From NCBI GenBank assembly GCA_038046805.1, contig JBBSVO010000002.1, forward strand, positions 2,528 through 66,527: a DNA stretch of 64,000 bases. The letters are read 5' to 3'. The notes under the pieces were generated by a model. The model searched no databases, had not been told where the DNA came from, and saw only the letters and a program-made list of their open reading frames with translations. Position numbers and translations under genes: made by a program. Shown one piece after another: positions 18,385-26,158 of the stretch. Every line of letters begins with the position of its first letter. The first letter of the stretch is position 1. The DNA is from Candidatus Micrarchaeota archaeon (GTDB taxonomy: Archaea > Micrarchaeota > Micrarchaeia > Anstonellales > Bilamarchaeaceae).

Positions 18385-19430
18385 GCCTTTGAGATTATAA
18401 ATTTCGTAACTGCATTTATAAACGAAAACGTAATTACTGTTGAGAATGCGGGCAGGAATAATGAGACCAGCGAAAGCTCCCCGAGTGCCTCAAGTAAGGG
18501 CTTCATTAGTAAAAATGTGACGCTGTATGCCATGCTTTCCATTGTGAGGGTACTTATCGCGGTTCCGGCAAATGCTCCAAGTGCTGGTACTCCCATTGCT
18601 CCGAATAGAAACTTATTTACATCAGCCAGTATTGTGCCGCCAGCTCCGATTATTGCAGCACTTCCTACAAATCCCCATTTCCAGTAGCCTATTTCCCCAG
18701 AACCGATATATGGGATATATTCAGTGCCCCGTTCGGTAATCTGCCATAAGTCATTAAGTGCCATTTCATTTAGCACATACGTCATAGGGAGCACTGTCTG
18801 GAAGGCTATAGATGCAACTATCAAAAATGTCCCGGCATCTTTTGTTGGCGGAAGAAATCTGAGAAGAATTCCGGCGGGCAGTAAGAATTTATATGCTATG
18901 GCGTCTACGATTGAGAGTATAAAAACCTGTGCAGAAAGGCTGCTATATACCATTGCCAGTGCATATCCAAGAACATTTGTTATTCCAACAACACCATCAG
19001 AACCCGGGGCTACCTTGTATATCCATGTCCATACAGCTTCGTGCGGCCTGAAATACAATGTGTTATATGTTGAGAATGCAACCTGAATTGTGTACACGTC
19101 ATTTATTGCCTCAAGAACGCCCTGAGACTTTATCTTTTGCAGAAATTTCATCGCTGAATTTATTGGGTCGTTTCCTATCATTGTGCATGAAGCGGATTTC
19201 ATTCCCTCAAAAAATGCCACTGCAAGTATAAGCGTAAGAAGTGCGAGCCAGATATCTCCCAGTCCAACTTTCGCGCCTGCCTCCCATTCCGGTCTTTTGA
19301 ACATTATCCCGGCGGCGTATTTTATCAGGGTAAAAAGCGCCAGGAATATGACTACTACTGCAGTTAGCTGATAATATTCAATGGATGGATTTGCTACGGC
19401 AAACGGGAATCCACTTACAACACACGCCAT
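18381..19430 (-). CDS. Polytopic membrane protein, tandem-array paralog 2 (lacks the conserved tail)
   Basis: 'LLPAGILLRFLPPTKDAG'. It ends '..NAVTKFIISKA' without the GxExEI..LI tail, and its stop overlaps the paralog-3 start by 4 nt. Confidence 0.75.
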   Translation of the reverse strand: MACVVSGFPFAVANPSIEYYQLTAVVVIFLALFTLIKYAAGIMFKRPEWEAGAKVGLGDIWLALLTLILAVAFFEGMKSASCTMIGNDPINSAMKFLQKIKSQGVLEAINDVYTIQVAFSTYNTLYFRPHEAVWTWIYKVAPGSDGVVGITNVLGYALAMVYSSLSAQVFILSIVDAIAYKFLLPAGILLRFLPPTKDAGTFLIVASIAFQTVLPMTYVLNEMALNDLWQITERGTEYIPYIGSGEIGYWKWGFVGSAAIIGAGGTILADVNKFLFGAMGVPALGAFAGTAISTLTMESMAYSVTFLLMKPLLEALGELSLVSLFLPAFSTVITFSFINAVTKFIISKA

Positions 19431-19489
19431 ATGTCTGTCCTCCAGTTACTCTAGTCTGTTTACACTGTTTACTCTAATCTGCTTACTGT

Positions 19490-20767
19490 TTACACCAGTT
19501 TTGTTATACCTATTATTTCCTGTTCTCCGCCAATGATCGCGCTTATGTTTCGGTACATTGTTATTGTTATTATTATTTCGAATACTGATGTTACGATTAC
19601 AAGAATGACAAATTGCGATACGATTACTACTTCTTCAACTATGAAGTAATAAAGACCCTGGACTACTCCCACGGCAGGACCGACACCCCAAAGAAGGGAT
19701 GTAATTGAAATCCCAAAGTCTCCAAAAAGTTTTACCATAAATTTGAATACATCTTTTGCGGTTTTCAGTACGCCCGTAATATTGTCCCACATGTCTCCAA
19801 AAAAGCCAGTTATTTTTGTTGAGGTTGATTCATCGGGCTTTGTCCCATAATTTGCCATGACACCGCTTGCGCTTTCGCCAGAAATTTTTTCCCACGTCTC
19901 TCTCATTTCCACCAGTTTGTCTGTTTTTGTCTTCAATGCATTTTCCTCTGCTGTGGGGTCTCCGTTTGCAGCGCAAAACCCTATCGCAGTGGGAACATAT
20001 ACCATATCTATGGGCTTATACACATCGAATATGAGGTAATTAGAAAGAATTATGCTAAGCGGATAAACAAAATATGCGACAATACATATCGCAATTATGC
20101 TCGAACCTGTTGAGCGGAGCATAGGAAATGCGCGCATAACCAATCCAAGCGGAAGGAGTATTGTTGGGATAACGTACGTTGCAAACTGGATGAGGTGTTG
20201 TTTTGATACTATCGCTACCATCACCATTCCTATTGCCTCAACCAATACTGTGTGTGCATTACTCAGAAGTGACAAGCCCACTAGTGGAGGAACAGAAATT
20301 GGCAACACTGCCAGTAATGGATTAAACGTTCCAGCTGAAATATAAATCGTTGAAAGGAATCCAATGAGCATTTCAAAGAGATATAAGCTTACGTAAATTG
20401 ATTTTAGTTCCTGAAATAATAATTCAAGAGATGCATACGCGATACCAAGATGCGATGGACTTAGGGATTTTGCCAAGGTGGTTGTGTCGCAACTATTAGC
20501 TGTTCCGGTTATCACAAGTCTACAGGCGCCCTCCCACATTATTCCCTGAAAAAAGAACCATCCACCTACAATTATAATGCTCATTATAAGTGCTGCTAGT
20601 TCTTCTTTTGCAGCTGCGTTGAGAGGTGGGTGCTGCAGAAAATATGAAGCAAGATACATTCCTCCGGTTACAGCTATTCCGATCAGGATAGCAATTCCGA
20701 TATACTGGATGGGGAACGTGGCAGAAGTTAAAGTAAAAAGTAGCGGAAGCAACGCAGTTATTCCCAT
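19490..20767 (-). CDS. Polytopic membrane protein, tandem-array paralog 1
   Basis: 'AAKEEL', 'LLPLGLVMRAFPMLRSTG', and the tail 'IGGEQEIIGITKLV'. I prefer the start at Met22 (20767). The track start at 20830 would overlap the divergent pilin-like gene. Confidence 0.75.
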   Translation of the reverse strand: MGITALLPLLFTLTSATFPIQYIGIAILIGIAVTGGMYLASYFLQHPPLNAAAKEELAALIMSIIIVGGWFFFQGIMWEGACRLVITGTANSCDTTTLAKSLSPSHLGIAYASLELLFQELKSIYVSLYLFEMLIGFLSTIYISAGTFNPLLAVLPISVPPLVGLSLLSNAHTVLVEAIGMVMVAIVSKQHLIQFATYVIPTILLPLGLVMRAFPMLRSTGSSIIAICIVAYFVYPLSIILSNYLIFDVYKPIDMVYVPTAIGFCAANGDPTAEENALKTKTDKLVEMRETWEKISGESASGVMANYGTKPDESTSTKITGFFGDMWDNITGVLKTAKDVFKFMVKLFGDFGISITSLLWGVGPAVGVVQGLYYFIVEEVVIVSQFVILVIVTSVFEIIITITMYRNISAIIGGEQEIIGITKLV

Positions 20768-20790
20768 GTATAAATCTGCGGACCCAGTTC

Positions 20791-20799
20791 TTTTAAATG
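20791..20799. promoter_or_regulatory. Candidate shared bidirectional TATA box ('ttttaaatg')
   Basis: This is the only A/T box placed about 26-28 nt from both start codons in the 53-bp gap. It lies about 26 nt from the + strand start (20821) and about 28 nt from the - strand start (20767). That spacing fits leaderless archaeal transcripts. Confidence 0.4.
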
Positions 20800-20820
20800 T
20801 ATCCTCTGTAATTATTTGTG

Positions 20821-21405
20821 ATGAATCCAATAACCTGTCCGGGAGCTTTCAGAACCGGTTTTATCTTTTCCATAGATTCGTTCGTTGCATTTTCTCTTTC
20901 ACTAGTGGCAATTTATTCAATGCTCTTCTTTTCCAGCATCCCCTCAGCGTATTATTCCTCTCTTATGCAGGCACATTATCTTGCAAAGGACACGCTCACT
21001 GCCCTCTCACTTTCAAATTCTTCTGAAGATGGGGTAAGTGAATTGGGCTATCTTTTATTTGTGGTTTCAAAACCAGCACAATCTGCCGTCATAGAAGAAA
21101 GGATTGGTCCGCTTATTCCAAATCAATTCGGTTATCTGGTTGAAACAAGTGAAGATGGCGAAGAATGGGACGTAGTATACGACACAAAAGATAATCCATC
21201 TGATTCACATAACAAGGCATATAACAAACTAAGAGCATCTGCAGGAACGCTTATTTTCGGTTATGCATCCTCTCCAAAGACCCCGCAAAGCCCATATCGC
21301 TATATTACCTGCAATGGCCCCTACACACAATGCGGTCCGGCATCAAGTCCATATCCCCGTGCAACTGGAAGCATGAAACTCGTGCGGTTGGTGGTGTACG
21401 TATGA
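20821..21405 (+). CDS. Class III signal peptide (type IV pilin-like) protein 1
   Basis: N-terminus 'MNPITCPGAFRTG|FIFSIDSFVAFSLSLVAIYSMLFF': a short polar leader, Gly, then a hydrophobic helix with an acidic residue at +6. Confidence 0.65.
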   Translation: MNPITCPGAFRTGFIFSIDSFVAFSLSLVAIYSMLFFSSIPSAYYSSLMQAHYLAKDTLTALSLSNSSEDGVSELGYLLFVVSKPAQSAVIEERIGPLIPNQFGYLVETSEDGEEWDVVYDTKDNPSDSHNKAYNKLRASAGTLIFGYASSPKTPQSPYRYITCNGPYTQCGPASSPYPRATGSMKLVRLVVYV

Positions 21406-22973
21406 CGAATTATAAGGGATTCTTTTTCGTGCTCGTCTCGTTTTTCATACTGGGGTATATTCTTACATCGTTGACTCTTTGGACAAAATCCATAGATGTT
21501 GCAGAGAAGAAATTCGCTGAAAAATTCAAATTTTCCAATATCGAGCTTGCTGTTTCGCAACTTACAGAAGAAAAAGTTTCTGATTTCGCAGAGATGAGTG
21601 CATATTACGCACTTTACAAATTAAATGAGCACAGCATAAATTATCCGGTTGTTCCAGTCGAGGGTAGTTCAGGGAGCGAAGCTGATTTTAAGAATGCGAA
21701 AGACGCTGTCTGGTCTATGATACAAAACGGAAGTGCATCTGGAAATTATTTTGAAGAAAACGTGCCTCTTATTTATGATACCTCCGAACAGTCCGATCTT
21801 ACGTTTGCAGGGTGGTTCGGTTCAATCAACAAAAGCCTTTCATATATAGGCGCGCAGGTGGATTCATTCGGGGTTTCCGGATTCACAATGAATCAGACGG
21901 ACTTTTCCCATCTTAACTATTCGTTCAAGGTTGATTTTTCCGCATCTGACAAAAGCGGTATCATGTTTATCACACGTTCGTTCGTTGTCAATGGAACTCT
22001 TGAATTGCAGGGACTTGACGACCCGGCAGTTGCAAGAGAAACAAAAAAAATATTAAATGGGAGCGAAGTGCGAAAGCAATTCTTTTTCCATGATGATTAC
22101 CCTTCACCAGCTTCAACCAATCCTGCGCAAATCGCTGCAGGTTCTGCAGGCCAGGGGTGGTTTTACGGTGCAGTTGTTCAGGCAATCGATGCTCCTGCTA
22201 TAAAACCGTTCCAGCGAAATACCACGATTTTGGTTGGCACATACGAAGAAATAACCTCCCTGGTTGGTATTAACTATAATTTCCAGGATTTCGGTGCGTT
22301 CATCCTCACGAGCGAGCCATCAACTGTGGATTCTGGTTGTGGTGGTTCAAAGAAAAACGAGCTTAACACATTCAATGCAATTAATTATGATTCAACTTCC
22401 TGTTCTGCAAAGATAAACGGAGGGTCAAAAACAGAGAAGCCGTTTATTGTGGCAAAGGATTTCCAGATTGCCGTTCCATACCCCGGGTTTGATTCAACGT
22501 TCGTCCTGTTTGTGAATTCCGCGGACCAGTCCGAGGTGTCATCGAACCCGGAAAAGAAATCCGGCTCTCCGAAAATTTACAATATAGAATTACTTCGGGA
22601 TTATGCAATCTGCAGTTATTACACTGCGAATCCAAAGGCTCCGTCCTATTTCCAGCGCCTGTTTAAGAATTCTTATGAACTGGAAGGCGGAAAGCTTGGA
22701 ATAGAATCATTTGTCTTCGGAAAATGGCTTGGCGGAAGTGATTATCCTGCTGCCGACATTTATAGTAGATTAGATCGGGAAATGTTCAAGGAAATAACCG
22801 GAACAAACATACGTGGAATGCCCGGATGTAAAAACAAGGAGATGTGCGGAAGCGATTCTCAGGTTGGACATTTCAAACTAACAGACCCAAGCGCTAAAAA
22901 TTATATAGGGCCCGATGCAACTGATTCAACAAACGGTTTGTTTTGTAGTAAAGGTGCATCGTGCGGAAACTGA
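21402..22973 (+). CDS. Large class III signal peptide (pilin-like) surface protein 2
   Basis: The start ATG (21402) overlaps the upstream stop (ATGA). N-terminus 'MTNYKG|FFFVLVSFFILGYILTSL' precedes a roughly 500-aa ectodomain containing scattered Cys. Confidence 0.7.
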   Translation: MTNYKGFFFVLVSFFILGYILTSLTLWTKSIDVAEKKFAEKFKFSNIELAVSQLTEEKVSDFAEMSAYYALYKLNEHSINYPVVPVEGSSGSEADFKNAKDAVWSMIQNGSASGNYFEENVPLIYDTSEQSDLTFAGWFGSINKSLSYIGAQVDSFGVSGFTMNQTDFSHLNYSFKVDFSASDKSGIMFITRSFVVNGTLELQGLDDPAVARETKKILNGSEVRKQFFFHDDYPSPASTNPAQIAAGSAGQGWFYGAVVQAIDAPAIKPFQRNTTILVGTYEEITSLVGINYNFQDFGAFILTSEPSTVDSGCGGSKKNELNTFNAINYDSTSCSAKINGGSKTEKPFIVAKDFQIAVPYPGFDSTFVLFVNSADQSEVSSNPEKKSGSPKIYNIELLRDYAICSYYTANPKAPSYFQRLFKNSYELEGGKLGIESFVFGKWLGGSDYPAADIYSRLDREMFKEITGTNIRGMPGCKNKEMCGSDSQVGHFKLTDPSAKNYIGPDATDSTNGLFCSKGASCGN

Positions 22974-22978
22974 TATTT

Positions 22979-23431
22979 ATGATAAACACAGGATTTAAGA
23001 CCCCTGATTTACTGTTCGGAACCCGTCGTGGTCAGGCTTCTACCGAGATGCTTGTTACAGTGGCAACAATCCTGGTATTTACAATTCCGATAATTCTTCT
23101 ACTTTTTGCGCTTTCTCAATATGGTCAGGAATCCACTTCAATCGCACAGGCACATGCAACTGTTCGCATAATTTCGGATTCAATCAACACAGTTTATATC
23201 CAGGGTCCTGGCGCTGAGAAAAGCCTTTTGGTTGGCATACCTGGAAACGCGGATCTTCTCAAAGTAGAGAATGGCGAAGTTTCATTGATACTTAGGACTT
23301 CTGGTGGAATGTATGAGGCAAGCAATCCTTTGCTTACAAATGCATCTGCTGGTTCAGATTTTTCCAATAAATCCGGGTTATTACCAGTGAAAATAAAGAA
23401 TGAAAACGGAGTGGTAGTTGTATATGGATAA
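22979..23431 (+). CDS. Class III signal peptide (archaeal pilin-like) protein 3
   Basis: '...FGTRRG|QASTEMLVTVATILVFTIPIILL' is the classic [KR]G/Q.S.E pattern, with Glu at +5. Confidence 0.75.
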   Translation: MINTGFKTPDLLFGTRRGQASTEMLVTVATILVFTIPIILLLFALSQYGQESTSIAQAHATVRIISDSINTVYIQGPGAEKSLLVGIPGNADLLKVENGEVSLILRTSGGMYEASNPLLTNASAGSDFSNKSGLLPVKIKNENGVVVVYG

Positions 23432-23927
23432 CTGCAACGTTTCGCGTTCCGAGTCCCGCGTTTCGCGTTCCGGTCAGGTTGCAACCGAGCTTATGCTTTA
23501 CTCCGGCGTATTCCTGATAATAGTTATATCCGTTGCATCTGTCCTTTATCTTTTACAGGGCAGCGACATAAATTCTCTTGAATATTCCATTGTCAAAGAA
23601 ACCGCAGAATCGTTCTCAGATTCAATCAATCTGGCAGTGCGGGGGGGACAGACGTTTTCGTATTACTATAATTTCCCGCGTACTGTGCTCGGAGGAGGTT
23701 ATTCCATAATATTTACAAAATCCTCTGCAATCGTGCACTGGCAAGGTTCTAGAGGAAATATGAGTTATTCCTATTCTATTGCTCCGGCTAACTTTACATT
23801 CAATGGTTGTGTTGTTTCGTTGCAGGGTGGTTCTGCCGGGCAGCTCGATAGCCAAAAAGGGCAGAATCTACTCATAGTCACAAATAACGGAAATGGAATA
23901 GAACTCATGCAACCCGGGTGCAGTTGA
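23424..23927 (+). CDS. Class III signal peptide (archaeal pilin-like) protein 4
   Basis: 'MDNCNVSRSESRVSRSG|QVATELMLYSGVFLIIVISV'. It overlaps the upstream gene by 8 nt. The leader is encoded by a short tandem DNA repeat (gtttcgcgttccg x2). Confidence 0.75.
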   Translation: MDNCNVSRSESRVSRSGQVATELMLYSGVFLIIVISVASVLYLLQGSDINSLEYSIVKETAESFSDSINLAVRGGQTFSYYYNFPRTVLGGGYSIIFTKSSAIVHWQGSRGNMSYSYSIAPANFTFNGCVVSLQGGSAGQLDSQKGQNLLIVTNNGNGIELMQPGCS

Positions 23928-23936
23928 GGTGTATTG

Positions 23937-24461
23937 ATGAAAAGACAATTGATGAAAGGACAATATTTCAGCTTTGATGCGATTATTGCTTCGGTCGTTT
24001 TCGTACTCACAGTACTTGCGCTAATGTCTTACTGGAACAGTGTTAAAGCAGGGATGGAAACCTACTCGGATGAAACAACAAAAGAAGCAATTCGCATTTC
24101 AGATCTTTTACTTTCCCCCCCGGAGCCACTTGAAATTACAGATTGCAGCGGAACTGCTGATAAAGAAGTCAAGAGACTTGGTTTTGCGGTTTCCTGGGAA
24201 AATCGTCAATTATCCAAACAACTTCTTACGAATTGCCAATCTATAACTCAGGAGAATCTGCGTTCTTTGCTTGGAACTCCTTACAATGTTTCAATATTTG
24301 TAAATTCCTCAAGCGGATCGTTTGACTCACTTCAGATAGGAAAATCATTTGAGGACACTCCACAGTCAAAAAATGCTGCAAAAGTAAGACGGCTCGTTGC
24401 CCTTCGCGATGATACGGGAGAGGCAACTCTTGCAACAATGGATATTCTCGTGTATCAATAA
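23937..24461 (+). CDS. Class III signal peptide (archaeal pilin-like) protein 5
   Basis: 'MKRQLMKG|QYFSFDAIIASVVFVLTVLALM'. Confidence 0.7.
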   Translation: MKRQLMKGQYFSFDAIIASVVFVLTVLALMSYWNSVKAGMETYSDETTKEAIRISDLLLSPPEPLEITDCSGTADKEVKRLGFAVSWENRQLSKQLLTNCQSITQENLRSLLGTPYNVSIFVNSSSGSFDSLQIGKSFEDTPQSKNAAKVRRLVALRDDTGEATLATMDILVYQ

Positions 24462-24493
24462 TCTCCAATAATGAAATTAATCGAGGTGCTGTC

Positions 24494-25813
24494 ATGTATT
24501 CCGAAAAACTATCCAAAATCCTGAAATCCAAAAAAATTGAAATTGGAGACAGCGTTCTTGTAAACAAAAATGGCAGTGAATATGCCGGCATTCTCATGCC
24601 GCGGGCAACAGAAAGCAATGTTCTTGTCATTAAACTTGAAAACGGATACAATGTTGGTATTGATTCGTCCGGTGCGGAAATCGCTCTGGTTCAAAGAGGA
24701 GAAAATCTTTTTGCAAAGGATGCTGGACCGAAGACCCAACAACATCATCGCGGTGAGGTTGCTATCCTTGGCTGTGGCGGAACAATTTCTTCAAAAGTCG
24801 AGTACAAAACCGGCGCGGTTTATCCGGTAACCACTCCGGAAGAGCTCGTCGCGATGTTTCCGCAGCTTTCTGATATTTCTTCGTTCCATGTAAGAAAACT
24901 ATTCTCCATCTTTTCAGAGGATATGTCTCACGAGCATTGGAAAATGATTGCAAAAGAGGTTGCAAGCGAAGTAAATGCAGGTGCAAAGGGCGTAGTTCTC
25001 ATGCATGGGACTGACACATTGCACTATACCTCCGCCGCGCTTTCATTTATGCTTCAGAATCTTTCTGTTCCGGTCATTTTAGTCGGTGCGCAAAGAAGCA
25101 GTGACCGGCCGAGCAGCGACAATGAGTTTAATCTTCTAAATTCTATTTATGTAGCAAGGCACAGTGATATTTCCGAGGTTGCAGTCTGCATGCATTCAAG
25201 CACGGATGATAATGTTTGTCATGTTCATCGCGGCACGCGCGTGCGGAAAATGCACACATCCAGGCGCGACGCGTTCAAGTCCATAAATTCCGTTCCGCTT
25301 GCCGCAGTTGATTATCGCAAGAAGCTGTTTGAAAAGTTTTCAGAATACAAAAAACGCGGACATGGTGCCAAACTAATACCAGATACGAAAATCAATGATA
25401 ATGTTGCAATGGTTTATGTCCACCCGGGAATAAAGCCTAAACACATAGACTCCTTTTCATCCTACGATGGCATAGTTCTGCTTGCAACTGGTCTTGGCCA
25501 TGTTCCTACAAATCCATTCAATGACAAACATGCGCATTCTATATTCAAAAATTTGCAGGAACTTATAGAATCCGGAGTATCAGTGGTCGTTGCGCCCGAG
25601 ACGATTTACGGGAGGCTTGATTTGAACGTTTATTCCTCTGGAAGAATGCTTGATGAGATTGGTGTAATCGGAAACGGAGCTGACTGGACTCCAGAATGCG
25701 CGTATGTCAAGCTTTGCTGGGTGCTTGGGCATGAAAAAAAGCCGGAAAAAGTCAAGGAATTAATGTTGAAAAACATCTGTGGGGAAATTTCTTCGCGTTC
25801 TCCGCTAATGTAA
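24494..25813 (+). CDS. gatD: Glutamyl-tRNA(Gln) amidotransferase subunit D
   Basis: An N-terminal GatD-specific domain plus an asparaginase fold: 'ILGCGGTISSKVEYKTGAV', 'HGTDTLHYTSAALSF'. Confidence 0.9.
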   Translation: MYSEKLSKILKSKKIEIGDSVLVNKNGSEYAGILMPRATESNVLVIKLENGYNVGIDSSGAEIALVQRGENLFAKDAGPKTQQHHRGEVAILGCGGTISSKVEYKTGAVYPVTTPEELVAMFPQLSDISSFHVRKLFSIFSEDMSHEHWKMIAKEVASEVNAGAKGVVLMHGTDTLHYTSAALSFMLQNLSVPVILVGAQRSSDRPSSDNEFNLLNSIYVARHSDISEVAVCMHSSTDDNVCHVHRGTRVRKMHTSRRDAFKSINSVPLAAVDYRKKLFEKFSEYKKRGHGAKLIPDTKINDNVAMVYVHPGIKPKHIDSFSSYDGIVLLATGLGHVPTNPFNDKHAHSIFKNLQELIESGVSVVVAPETIYGRLDLNVYSSGRMLDEIGVIGNGADWTPECAYVKLCWVLGHEKKPEKVKELMLKNICGEISSRSPLM

Positions 25814-25831
25814 TTTGCTGAGGTGTTCTGA

Positions 25832-26077
25832 ATGCAATGTGAAAGTTGTGGAATGCCAATGGGCAATCCTGAGGATTTTGGAGGAAGAAATATCGCAAAT
25901 AAATATTGCCTTCACTGCACAGACCGTGACGGCAATCTCAAATCCTATACTGAAGTTGTGGAAAGCATGGCGGCATTTTTTTCAAAGATAAACCGCGCTT
26001 CGATAGATATTGCAAAGAAAAGGGCAATGGGGCACATGTCTGGATTTCCGGCATGGAGGGATAAATTAAAGCCTTGA
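25832..26077 (+). CDS. Small zinc-ribbon domain protein
   Basis: 'CESCGMPM...YCLHCTD' is a CxxC...CxxC ribbon in an 81-aa protein sitting between gatD and gatE. Confidence 0.6.
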   Translation: MQCESCGMPMGNPEDFGGRNIANKYCLHCTDRDGNLKSYTEVVESMAAFFSKINRASIDIAKKRAMGHMSGFPAWRDKLKP

Positions 26078-26158
26078 GCAATGGGCTCGGAGCCTTGAGC
26101 TTGTTTATACTATTACCCAGTGTCAAATACTCAGAGCTCAAAGCAATTGGTGAAACAA

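Noticed and set aside
21330-21401. Upstream extension of the large pilin-like ORF (track start 21330).
   Set aside because: It overlaps the end of the preceding gene in another frame. The ATG at 21402 (ATGA overlap) gives a proper class III signal N-terminus.
25832-26077. The zinc-ribbon ORF between gatD and gatE as a novel amidotransferase subunit.
   Set aside because: It is a generic small Zn-ribbon protein. Adjacency alone is insufficient, and nothing in the sequence links it to GatDE function.
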